A stretch of DNA of 64,000 nt from Paraspadella gotoi (Eukaryota; Animalia; Chaetognatha). Below the pieces are notes generated by a model. The model was not told the DNA's origin. It ran no database searches and saw only the letters and a program-made list of their open reading frames with translations. Position numbers and translations under genes: made by a program. Below, one piece after another: positions 1 to 11,905 of the stretch (positions within the stretch are counted from its first letter, which is position 1; each line of letters opens with the position of its first letter). The stretch covers positions 15,055,574 to 15,119,573 of the forward strand of contig CM119263.1 of assembly GCA_051294375.1 (NCBI GenBank), read 5' to 3'.

Positions 1-2456
1 TCCCCCCCTTCGAGTTTGACGCAAATTTCTAAGGCCGAACCAAATTCCGTTTCTTTCCTCATCGGCCTCGCTGTAACATGTACTTTGGATATTCCAATGA
101 TCGTTTTACTAAGATTTTGACGAATTCGATATTTTTCGTTTCTCAGTTTTTTCCCTAAATCGAATATTCGACTTTTACCAAATTTGATCTTTCGCTTCCG
201 TCGAATTCGATTTTGCCGCTTTCGCCCCCCCCCAACTTTCCCCCGCCCCCCCAAAAAAACAACCCGTCTCCGTTTTTTTACGAAATTCGAGGACGGGACC
301 TGATGGACCTGGAAAATTGGAAACGAGCATGAAATTTCAGCATCATGGCCGACTATATCGTTGGAGGGGACCGGGAGAGGGATCATGGGGCAAGGGAGTT
401 ACGGATGGGAGAAAAGGGGAAAACTTGTAATTCGCCTAATGACGGGATTTCTATTTAGTAGAGACGAGGGAATTAAGGGAGAAAGGAAATGGCTGGGGGG
501 GGGGAGTGGAAGGGTGGAGGGGTTGTTTTAAAGAGGTTCGATTTAAGGAGGCGGAGATTATGACTGACTGACTGACTGACTAGTAAACATCTGGCTTCAC
601 TCTTCTTGGACTTATACGGTGTTTCGTTTAAAGTTTAGTTATTCAGAATATAAATAGAAAAAGAAAAGTAGTTCTTTCGCCGAAAAAACTTGCTTAGAAA
701 TTCATGCAGATTGTTTCCGAACGGTTTAGCTTTTATTGTTTAACGCATTTCGCATCATATTCCGCAGCTGCTGGCCGCGGATTCTGAGCTTTACGGTCTT
801 TCTTGATACGAAATGCTTCACGACTTAAACGTTCGTCATGATTTGACGTTGAGTACGCAAATACGAAAAGTTTTTTTTTTCCGAACACTTTAAACCTTCT
901 TGGCGAAATTGGACCAAATCCGAACGTCGACCCCGTAGCAACACAGGGGTTACCGACATCAGATGGAAGGAGAAAGTGGCTTGATTTCACATCCCAAGCT
1001 TCTTAGGGGCGACCCGCAATCACGGTAGGCCCGGAAACTGTCGTTAGAGAGTGGACCGGAGTGGCGAGCAGTGGTAAAGAATGGCTAGGGGCTGTGAAGT
1101 TGGTATTACCCGGGGAACGCGGATCTGAAATCGAAGCCCAGAATGGCCGACGATTACGACGAGCAATAAACCAAAAATTATGGAGAGGAAAATTGAGCCG
1201 GGAAAAAAATCGGGGGAAAAAAGAAATAATGGAAGGAATTGGAGGAGAAAAAAAGAGGAAAATAAGAAAAAAGGGGAAAAAAGGAAAGAGAAGGGGAGAG
1301 AGAAGGGCGAAAATTGAAAAAAGGATCGAAACATCGGGATTTTTTTCCCTATTTTTTTATTTTTTTTTTACTAGAGTTGGGGACAAGAGAAGAAGAGAAT
1401 GAAGGAAAGAGATGACGGGATTGATGAAGAAGCGATAACGAGTTAGTTGGGAAAATTGTAAAATTAAATAAATATTCATTTCATTTATATATTGAGATGG
1501 TTGCAGAAAAAAAAGACAACGAAGAAAACACGAAAGGGCGTGGTACAAAGGGTAGAAGAAAAGAGAAGAAAGGATGGAGGAAAGTAATGAAAAGTGAAGG
1601 AAAGTCGGCCCAAAAGAATTTTATGGGCGAGGTTTAAGATGACAATAAATAGACTGGGGAGGATAATTAAGGGTCGAGCTGGCTACATGAGTCGAAACAA
1701 AGCGGGCTGGGGTGATTGAGCCGTGACAGGGAGACGTTAGTTAAACGTAAGAGGGAAAAAGAAATTTTGGAAATTCCCTAAATCAGGGAGAGACGGTTAT
1801 TTTAAAAGAATAGGGAACTGTAGAGATTACATTATTTAGCTCGATTCGTTGAGAGAGAAGCGACGCTCGTGGCGGGAATAAGTGAGCAGCGCAGTTTGGA
1901 TTTAAGGGAAGTTACTTTGTGAATTCTTACATCGAAAGGGGGCTGTGAAGAATTGAAGATAAAAAGGTGATTACTGGAAGAAGTTTCTCACAGGCAACGG
2001 AAATTAAAAAAGGGTAAAAATTCGACGCAAAAAAAGAAAGAGAATGAGCCAACGAAAGAAATTAAAGACAGAAAAGAATGAAGACGATTGAAAAGTCATA
2101 GAAGAGAGAGAATAGAACAAAAATGAAACGACGTGAAGAAAAAAAGGGGAAAAAAAAGAAAAAAAAAGAGTAAGAACGAAATAAAGAAAAGGAAAAAAAA
2201 GGACAAAAAACCGATGATTTTCTCCCCTTTTTTCTCCCCTCGTTTTCAATTTCCCCAATTTTTTTTTCCGGTCGAATTCCATTTTTATCTCGAGGGGATT
2301 TGATTAAATTTCATCCCCAAAACACAATTAATACAGAATTTTATAAAGTCGTCAAATTTGATTTTTTTAAAAAAAAAATCCCTTCCACATTCAGTCGAAA
2401 TTTTTTTGGCGACGGGAACCTTAAAAATTCTATGAATTTTGTGTCTGTCGAAATGA

Positions 2457-2491
<35 letters not shown>

Positions 2492-2535
2492 ACATCATAT
2501 TAGCAAATAGCAACAACGCCACAATATCAACTCAC

Positions 2536-2712
2536 CCAGGACGACGAGAGTGACGCCCTCTGTGGCCTTGAGCTTCCCGTCGACGAAGAGGTTGCACCGG
2601 AAGACGCCGTCGTCTTCGATCTCGAGGTTTTGGATCTGAAGAGTCCAGTCGAGCGACGACGGAGAAGGGTCCTTCAAAGAGTAGCGGGTGTCCTGGTAGT
2701 GAGCCAGGGATT
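2536..2712 (-). CDS. Exon encoding the C-terminal half of the V-set Ig domain
   Basis: Acceptor tttttatcgttccctctccacgcccgcAG (2714-2713). Reads (E)SLAHYQDTRYSLKDPSPSSLDWTLQIQNLEIEDDGVFRCNLFVDGKLKATEGVTLVVL, with the V-set R-Y, W-T-L-x-I-x-N-L and D-x-G-x-F-x-C motifs. Donor CTGG|GTGAGT at 2535, phase 1 at the domain boundary. Confidence 0.9.
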
Positions 2713-2827
2713 CTGCGGGCGTGGAGAGGGAACGATAAAAAGGTGAGTTAACGGATAACGCATTTTGACGCGACGACTCCCCGTCTTCTCACTACACGCC
2801 CCGACACCTCGAAATTCAAAACCCCAC

Positions 2828-2995
2828 CTTTGGAGTCTTGGGTGATGATTGTGTAGGATGGGTCGAGCCACTGGACGTAGCAGTTGGCGCCGGGGATGCA
2901 GTCGCGTATGAGGCATTTGAGCTGCGCCGTTTGACCGATGTGGCGCTCGTAGTAACCGCCGTCCATTTCCAGCGTCGCCGCCGACGAATAGCACA
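2828..2995 (-). CDS. Exon encoding the end of a putative signal peptide and the N-terminal half of a V-set Ig domain (lachesin/IgLON/DIP-like)
   Basis: Acceptor ttatttccttccccccaccAG (AG at 2997-2996). Reads (V)CYSSAATLEMDGGYYERHIGQTAQLKCLIRDCIPGANCYVQWLDPSYTIITQDSK, with the B-strand G-x-T-A-x-L-x-C and C-strand Trp. Donor AAAG|GTGGGG at 2827, phase 1, compatible with the next exon. Confidence 0.85.
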
Positions 2996-4056
2996 CTGGT
3001 GGGGGGAAGGAAATAAAAATTATTGCGAATGTGAGAATTATCCATTCATTCAATAAAATAGCTATCTTGCACCCTACATTGCACACTGCACACAGTGCAC
3101 TGCACAGGCTATGATGGGTTAAATCGAGACTCTCACAGTCTAGTTCATCAACTCGCTTCACCATCAAGTTATCAATGAAGTTAATATTATTTTTATTATT
3201 TAATTTATTTCAAATTAATTCAGAGTCTGAGTAGAAGCCTGAGAAGTTGTCCAGTTTGAAGTGAACGACCGAAAACCATAGAAAGTTTTCACCGTTCACA
3301 ATTCTCACTCTTTTTTCTTTTTTTATTTTATCTTTCTCACACCGACTCGCAGCTGAGAATTCCATCAGGCTACAAAAACGAACGGACAAACGAAAGGACC
3401 AAAGAATGGACGGACAAACGGACGGACGGAACCAACGCGCCTTTTCAGATTATTACGTCGCAAAGGAGGCGTCTATATTCCATAAAGGCAATTCATGAAC
3501 AAAAGAACATCGCTTGTCGGAAACAATGGGAAACTAATAAAATCGAAAGAGGGAGACGAGGAAAGAGGGAGGAAAAGAAAAGGAAAGAAGGGAGGAAAGA
3601 AGGAAAGAGATCGGGGAGCGAGGAGAAAAAAAGATGGTAAGAAAATGATTAATGAAGAGGCAAAGGGATAATGGAAAGGGGATAACATAATGAATCCCCT
3701 TTTTCTTCCCTTTTTTTTTATCCGTCTTTTCGTTTCCTTCTTTTTTCGACTTTCTTTCTTTTTTCATATCCGTTTTCTTTTTTTCATCTTGGAGCTTTTC
3801 ATATTTTTTTACTATCGGATTTATTTTTTCCTCTTTTTTTTTCCCCCTCGTGTTGTCTCATCTCTGTCCATTGATATTTCTTCTTTCCAACCGCTGATTC
3901 ATTCGTCTCTCTGCTGATAATATGGATTTAGCGTTGTTACTTTCTCTCTTCTTTCTCTTCTCTCTCTCTCTCTCCCCTCTCTCTCTCTCTCCTCTCTCTT
4001 CTCTCTCTCTCTCTCTCTCCTTCTTTTCTCTCTCTCTTTCTCCTCTCTCTCTCTCT

Positions 4057-4148
<92 letters not shown>

Positions 4149-6343
4149 CATTCACATTCGCTTCCCGCCTCTCCCCCATTTTTTCAGGTGCTTCCCTCTC
4201 TCGACGGGAATTTTTCGTTTTTTTTATCCCGCGTCGACTTTTGAATTAAATTCTAGTTGCGTCTTCGTTTGTCAACGCCGCCACGCGAAGCGTCGCGACC
4301 TCGCCATTCGCCATCTAGCGGCGCGCCACCGCACGTCTCGCGTTTGTTCGTGAATCACGTGCGGATTCTCTCACGCGCTCACGTCTGCTCACGTCGCCCG
4401 GTGAGAGTTACATCTTTTCCTTCTCTCTTCCCTTTCGCTAGTGTTTCCTCTCTTGAATTACTATCTCTCTTTACCTTCTCTTCTCTATTCTGTCTTTCCT
4501 TTCCTTTCCTCACCCTGCCTTACCATTCGCGTCCCTGAAATCGAGCGGCGCCAACAACGTCACCTCTTCCATCATCTAAGGCAATCATCACCCTCACCCT
4601 AAACCTCACCTCGGCTAGTGCTCTTCTATCTCGTACATACTAGTCATTATTGTTAGCATAATAAATCGAGGGGATAAATGTATGTTCGAACTTATGTTTC
4701 ACCGATATATCAGCGTGAATTGAATAAAAAATGTCGTTTTAATCTTTAGATCTTCTTTCAAAATCTTACTTTGTCCAGTACATTATTTACGATCGATGCT
4801 TGATGCTTCTGTCACTTGGCAAGCTTCACAGTTGCTTTCGCCATAAGCGCATCGACGACACATTTTCACCGTCTTTGTCCGTTCGGCCTCGCCACTTCTC
4901 GGGAAGACACTGCTTCGACACCGTTTTGTCATTTCCGCGTCACATTTGCTCGTGTCGACATCGACTCGACACCTTCGTTAAAACTAAAACGCGCAATCAC
5001 TGCGACTCGTAACTACCCCGTGTCCGTCCGAGAGTGACACCATAAAAATGTTTACTATACTTTAAATATTTAATAAATATAATTCATATGTATATCATTA
5101 GTTGGAGAACTACTTGACGTTTTTTATGTATAAGTTTAATTTTGTGTTTAATTCATGTTTAATTTTTTATCTAACACAGTAAAATTGGAGAAAAAAGAAC
5201 ATTTTAGGCGTGTTCTTAATTGCATTAAATAAAAATTTTACATCATAAGAAATCCCTGGTCTAATGAATGGCGTATCGGAATTTTTAGNNNNNNNNNNNN
5301 NNNNNNNNNNNNNNNNNNNNNNNNNNNNNNNNNNNNNNNNNNNNNNNNNNNNNNNNNNNNNNNNNNNNNNNNNNNNNNNNNNNNNNNNNNNNNNNNNNNN
5401 NNNNNNNNNNNNNNNNNNNNNNNNNNNNNNNNNNNNNNNNNNNNNNNNNNNNNNNNNNNNNNGAAAAATTTATTTTTTGAAGTTGGAATCTGAAAAAAAA
5501 AAAAGAATTTCGTGAAAATATCAAGTTAAACATGCATAATGAAACCAAATCTTTGTTAGGAGAAAAAGAAAAACGTTTAAAACAAATATCACCAAATTTG
5601 TAATAATTCTCGTTGAAGTATTTTTAAAATTTTTAAATTTTTTTTTTAAATCAAAGCGGACACAACCTTCTTCCTAACCGCATTTTATTTTATTATACAT
5701 TTTTATATGATATTGATAAAACTGTTCCATGGAAAAAAAAGGCTCATCGCATGAAGAGCATAATAAATCAGAGAATAATCTGCTCGCAGCTAAAACCCAT
5801 CGAGAAAAGATAGAAACTCCAGCGCTATTTATCACAATTTCGTTTTGAGACAGAAAAAAAGACGGCGGNNNNNNNNNNNNNNNNNNNNNNNNNNNNNNNN
5901 NNNNNNNNNNNNNNNNNNNNNNNNNNNNNNNNNNNNNNNNNNNNNNNNNNNNNNNNNNNNNNNNNNNNNNNNNNNNNNNNNNNNNNNNNNNNNNNNNNNN
6001 NNNNNNNNNNNNNNNNNNNNNNNNNNNNNNNNNNNNNNNNNNNNNNNNNNNNNNNNNNNNNNNNNNNNNNNNNNNNNNNNNNNNNNNNNNNNNNNNNTAG
6101 AATGAAGGAACATGGGAACGAATGAACGAAAGATCGAACGAACAAAAAAACAAACTGAGAAACCAAAAAGAAAACAAATAAGAGAAAAAAACTAACAGCA
6201 ACCTTGTGGAATTTTTGAATGAGTTCACCGAGTTACTAAAGTCTGAATGAAAAATAGACGCAGCAATGGGAAGACGCAATGGATCAATCCCACAGTCAAT
6301 CCATCATCTTCCACAAACTTCCTTGTTCCCCAAGGCCGCGTAA

Positions 6344-6377
<34 letters not shown>

Positions 6378-6817
6378 NNNNNNNNNNNNNNNNNNNNNNN
6401 NNNNNNNNNNNNNNNNNNNNNNNNNNNNNNNNNNNNNNNNNNNNNNNNNNNNNNNNNNNNNNNNNNNNNNNNNNNNNNNNNNNNNNNNNNNNNNNNNNNN
6501 NNNNNNNNNNNNNNNNNNNNNNNNNNNNNNNNNNNNNNNNNNNNNNGTAAAAGAGAAAAGAGCGGCGAGGCGGGCAAAAAGCTAAAGAAATAAGGGAATT
6601 TAAGGGCTGGTTAGGTATTCGAAAAATGTACGTCGACTCCCTTCTGATGTGTTCCAAGTGTCAAAGCATCAAAGAACATCATTTTTCTTGATTCCGATGC
6701 GGAGTTTGAATGGGAAAGTAGGAATGGGGTTTGTCTGGTGAGAATGTGTGAGGGTGAAATCCATTTAGGGGGGAGGGTGTTGTGAACATGTGATAAGTAC
6801 GCTTTACAGTTTTATTT

Positions 6818-6976
6818 TATTAAGAATTGTTTATTTATGTGCCAATACGATTTTTTATTATTAGTAGTCTTCATCAGCTTTGAAAAAACATGAAGACTCG
6901 AACCAACAGAGTCGAAACATGTACTACTAATAATAAAAAATCGTTGTATTGGAACATAAATAAACAATTCTTAATA
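6818..6976. mobile_element. Inverted pair of Penelope-like element pseudo-LTR fragments with hammerhead ribozyme remnants
   Basis: Arms 6818-6868 and 6923-6976 are near-perfect reverse complements. The + copy has atGAA-GACTC-gaaccaaca-GAGTC-GAAA-CATG-TA (6890-6923). The - copy has CTGATGAAGACT (6877-6866) joined to the same tail. Confidence 0.6.
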
Positions 6977-7082
6977 TTCACTTAGCAACGAAAAGAGTGA
7001 AAATAATAAGTTTTATTTTAATATTTGAAAGAATCTAAGTGGAAATGGGCAGCATCTCTGCCTAGTTTTATTTTAATATAAT

Positions 7083-7107
7083 NNNNNNNNNNNNNNNNNN
7101 NNNNNNN
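7083..7107. other. 25-N placeholder gap (also 35776-35800, 41549-41573, 59008-59032)
   Basis: Each run counts to exactly 25 N and borders a noisy duplicated segment. Confidence 0.95.
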
Positions 7108-7227
7108 TCCATTGTATATTTCTTCTTTCCAACCGCTGATTCATCCGGTCCTCTGCCTTCGCAGTAATATGGGATTTAGCGTGTTACTTTCCTCTCTTCT
7201 CTCCTCTCCTCTCTCCCTCTCTTCTCT

Positions 7228-7274
<47 letters not shown>

Positions 7275-7302
7275 TCTCTCTTCTCTTTCTTCTTCTCTCT
7301 CT

Positions 7303-7369
<67 letters not shown>

Positions 7370-9440
7370 TCTCTCTCTCTCTCCTCTCTCCGCATTCACA
7401 TTCGCTTCCCGCCCTCCCCATTTTTCAGGTGGCTTCCCTCTCTCGACTGGGAATTTCGTTTTTTTTTTATCCCGCGTCGACTTTTGAATTTTTAAATTCT
7501 AGTTTGCGTCTACGTTTTTTCCACACGCCCGCCCACGCGAAGCCGTCGCGACCTCGCCATTCGCCATTCTAGCGGCGCGCCACGCCACCGCACGTCCTCG
7601 CGCTTTGTTCGTGGAGATGCACGTGCGCGATTCTCTCACGCGCTCACGTCTGCTCACGTCGCCGGTGAGAGTCTACATCTTTTCCTTCTCTCTTCCACTT
7701 TCGCTAGTGTCCTCTCTTGAATTACTATTCTCTCTTTACCTTTCTCCTTCTCTATTCTGTCTTTCCTTTCCTTTCCCTCACCCTGCCTTACCATTCGCGC
7801 TCCCTGAAAATCGAGCGCGCCCCAACACGTCACCTCTTCCATCATCTAAGGCAATCATCACCCTCCACCCCCTTAAACCTCACCTCGGCTAGCTGCTCTT
7901 CTTATCTCGTACATACTAGTCATTATTGTTAGCATTAATAAACGAGGCGTCGATAAAATGTATGCTTCGAACTTATTTTCACGAGCTATATCAGCGTGAA
8001 CTTGACGATACAAAAATGTCGTTTTAATCTGTTAGATCTCCTCTTTCAAAATCTTACTTTGTCCAGTACCATTATTTACGATCGATGCTTGATGCTTCTG
8101 TCACTGGCAAGCTTACACAGCTTGCTTTCGGCCCATAAGCTGCCAACGACGACACCATTTTCACCGTCCCTTTGTCCGTTCGGCTTCGCCCCACTTCTCG
8201 CGGAAGAACCCACCTGCTTCGACACCGTTTTTGTCATCTTCCGCGTCACCATTTGCTCGGTGTCGCAACATCGACTCGACACCTTCGTTAAAACTAAAAC
8301 GCGCAATCACCTGCGACTCGTAACTACACCCGTGCTTCCGTCCGAGATGCTATATATTAGTTGTGGAGTAACTACCTTGACGTTTTTTTTATGTTTATAG
8401 TTTAATTTTTGTGTTTAAATTCATGTTTAATCTTTTTATCTAACACAGTAAATTGGAGAAAAAAGAACATTTTAGGCGCTCCGTTACTGTATTTTCTTAA
8501 TTTGCTATCAGAATAAAAAATTTTTACATCATAAGAAATACCCGTCGCGTCTAATGAATGGCGGTATCGCGATTCTTTTAGAAAAGTTGTAGCCAGTTTA
8601 TGATTTTTTATTTATTTTTTTATTTGTAATTCTTAAGTTTTCTTTGTCTATAATTTTTTTTGCGTTTGTCACTCGGCGAACGGCACCACGCCGGTGGCGG
8701 CTAATTCCTTCTATTCAGTATCTTCGAGGTCATCGTCAAATGTTCAAAAATGTCAAATCGCGCACCCAATGTGCCAACAATGGTTGATAATGGAAGAAAA
8801 ACTGTATTATTAATTTTTCATGCATTATCTATTCTACTATTCTGAGTTATATTATTTATGTTATTATATTTAGTTATCGCAAGTTATATTAAGTGCTAAT
8901 GCTGTTATTATGGCGTATTATATACTAATATTATAATTGTCAAGAATGGAAAATTATAATCCGATTAAACTTTTTTTAAATTTCAACTAATAAATATCAC
9001 CAAGAAAAATTTATTTTTTGACAGCTTGCGAATCTGCAAAAAAAAAAAAAGAATTTCGTCGAAAATATCAAGCTTAAACACTCATAATGCAAACCAAATC
9101 TTTTGTTAGGAGAAAACAGAAAACGTTTAAAACAAATATTTCACCAAAATTTTGTTAATAAAATTCTCGTTGACAGTCTATTTTTTAACAATTTTTTAAT
9201 TTTTTTTTTTAATCCAAAGCGGCAACGCTTCTTCCCTAACCGCATTTTATTTTATGTATACATTTAATATGATATGATAAAAACTGTTCCATGCAGAAAA
9301 AAAAAGTCTCATCGCACTTAAGAGGCCCATAATTAAATGCAGAGAATAATCTGCCTCGCAGCTACAAACCCATCGAGAAAAGATAGGAAACTCCAGCGCT
9401 ATTTATCACAATTTCGTTTTTGACACAGAAAAAAGACGCG
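7108..9440 (+). repeat. Indel-rich direct copy of ~3867-5868 (probable raw long-read gap fill)
   Basis: Collinear match, e.g. 4801 tgatgcttctgtcacttggcaagcttcaca vs 8091 gatgcttctgtcactggcaagcttacaca, dominated by 1-nt indels. Starts right after a 25-N gap and spans the N gap at 5289-5462. Confidence 0.9.
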
Positions 9441-9539
9441 CGGCGTTGGAGGGGGGCGAAAGGAAAATCTTTGAAAGCTAAGCAAGCCGAAGGAATAAAC
9501 TTTATACGCAATCCTTTGAATGTATGAAGCGAGACAACG

Positions 9540-11905
9540 AAAAAAAAAAAAAATTAAAAAAAAGAGAAAGAAAAGAAAAAGGATGAAGATGAGCGGAACG
9601 ATCGGCGTATTGGAAGGGCGGAAGAAGTCGTTTTCCAAAACTCTCTCGTTTATTCCAATGTTCTTGCTTTTCGAGGCCTTTTTTTTATTTAACCACTCCT
9701 GTCTCCTTCTTCTCTCTCTCTTCTCCTCTCGTCCCATCTTCTTTCCCGTCCTCTCCTCTCTTTCGTCACCTACTTCAATTTTTAACCATTTTTTCACTCT
9801 CCTCGCATTTTTTTTCCTCTCCCCCGTTGTGGAGGCTCGTTTCTCTTTCACCCTTTTTTCTTTCTATATTTTCTTCCCATTTTTTTTCAACTCCTGTCGT
9901 CCTCGAGTTTGCTGCTTTTCCCGGCGCCAGACTCATTGCGGTCGATAGAAAAACAAATGCCCAACGCGGCGCTGCCGTCGTTCTATGCAGTGACTCATTC
10001 AAGGTGGATGAAGCGAGGAATTAAGGAAGCCCCACTCCATGCGCGCGCCTGAGTCGCCCGCCCCCATTTTTCTTTCCAGTCTCGCGGATCGTTTTGAAGT
10101 CAGAAAAGCTAAGGCTGAAAGAAGTCAGCGGGCGATCGGCCACCTCTTTCCAGTGTCGTGGAATACATTGAAGTTGGGGACGGTTAGAGATAAAGTTATC
10201 CACTTCGAAAAGTCCTTCTCTTAGCTTAGGTTATATCTTTTTTCGCCGCAGGTTTGTTATTTTATGATGTTCATAACATTAATTTAGATCGGAACAAACA
10301 ATGGTGCGCACCTCCCAACCCAGATTCTCACAGCTATTGAAGAAGATCTCCTTGGGGGGTTTCTCAGTTTCAGATGAGAGAACATTGTTTGAGGCAGTGC
10401 TTAAATCGTCGACTAATAATTAACGTCAATCCATATATGCAAAGAAGATAAAAATAGAATAATAACTTTTATTAAGGTATTCAAATATCGGCAATAATGC
10501 ATGTGAAAAAAGCGTGCTATCCAGAATGAAGAGAGACGCATAAGTGCAGCAGCAGCTAGTAGAGCTGATACGCCAAGGCAACAGTAGGCAGCAGATGCAG
10601 CAAGCAGAACCGGAGACGCGCATGCAGCAGCAGCAGAGCCGAGACGGCAGCAACAGACGGAGACTAGCAGCAAAAGGCTCAAAGCTGATACCTCTCGCTT
10701 TTTTATATACAAGCGACGAGCAATTATTACAACGCAATGAGAGGAGATTCACGATTTTAAGAATAAGAGTCAAGACATGCGTACTAGTTATTATTAACTC
10801 AATGAGAGACGTGCAGATATTCAGAATTCAAGGTATAAAATTCAAACCAATTAGAGACTTTAAAAACAAAAGAACTAGGTTGGAGTCGATTCAATTAACC
10901 TTTAACACTCAGAGTATTTGAAACGAAATTAAAAAATAAGAAGGTATGGGGCTCAATTCAGAGATAAAAATCTTTATAAACCTTTAACAGCTTATACTGT
11001 CTTTTCTGTCTCGAAATGCCTCGCACCGTAAACAACTATTTCTTTATCGCAGAGAAATTTCCTTCAGATCATATTAAATGGGCAGCATCTCTGCCTAGTT
11101 TTATTTTAATATAATCTTGAAGGAATTTCTTGGATAAAGAAATAGTTTTTAGGTGGAGGCATTCGAGACAGAAAGAAGTATAGCTGTTGAGAATCTGGGT
11201 TGGAGGTGGCCCCATTGTTGTTCCGATTAAATTAATGTATGATACCATAATAAAAAATAACAAACTGGGCGAAAAAAGATATAACCTAAGGCTAAGAAGA
11301 AGGACTTTGAAGTGGATAACTTTTATCTCTAACGTCCCCAACTTCAATGTATTCCACGACACTGAAAGAGGTGCGATCCGCTGACTTCTTTTCAGCTTAG
11401 CTTTTCTGACTCAAAACGAATCCGCGAGACTGAAAGAAAAAGGGGGGGGGCGACTCAGGGGGCGCTGGAGGGGGCTTCCTTTAATTCTCGCTTCTCCACC
11501 TTGAATGAGTCTGCAAGAACGAGGCAGCGCGCGTTGGGATTGTTTTTTATTCGACCGCTAATGAGTCTGGGCGGAAAGGCAGAAAAACTCAGACGAGGAG
11601 TGAAAAAAAAATGGGAAGAAAAATATAGAAAGAAAAAAAGGGTGGAAAGAAAACGATGCTCCAAACGGGGAGAGGAAAAAAAATGCCAGGAGAGTGAAAA
11701 ATGGTAAAAAATTGAATGTGGGGAGGGAAAGAGAGAGAGACAGACAGACAGGAGTGGTTAATAAAAAAAAGGCTCGAAAGAAAAACATTGGAATAAACGA
11801 GAGAGTTTTGGACAAACGACTTCTTCCGCCTTCCATACGCCGTCGTTCCGCTCATCTTCATCCTTTTTCTTTTCTTTCTCCTTTTTTTTTCAATTTTTTT
11901 TTTTG
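9540..11905. repeat. Long inverted repeat: arms ~9540-10335 and ~11180-11905, ~850 bp spacer
   Basis: 9580 aggatgaagatgagcggaacg is the reverse complement of 11844 cgttccgctcatcttcatcct. 10160 gaatacattgaagttggggacg matches the reverse complement of 11333 cgtccccaacttcaatgtattc. Confidence 0.85.

Noticed and set aside
180-340. Possible next Ig-gene exon after ttttccAG near 320
   Set aside because: Translation is not Ig-like and runs into homopolymer tracts and a stop.
1055-1140. tRNA/SINE-like A box (gtggcgagcagtggtaaag)
   Set aside because: No credible B box or cloverleaf.
3240-3460. Helentron/HINE-like fragment with (ACGG)-type repeats
   Set aside because: No termini or subterminal inverted repeats could be identified.
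3858-4353. RE/ER, SL/LS, KKER and FFLS ORFs here and throughout the track
   Set aside because: They are translations of (AG)n, (CT)n and (AAAG)n microsatellites, which lack stop codons.
5264-6657. Long ORFs containing X runs (also 22327-23177, 41713-42654)
   Set aside because: Open only because they cross N gaps.
10544-10921. Poly-Q ORF
   Set aside because: Degenerate CAG tract within suspected raw-read fill; starts at GTG and has no domain.
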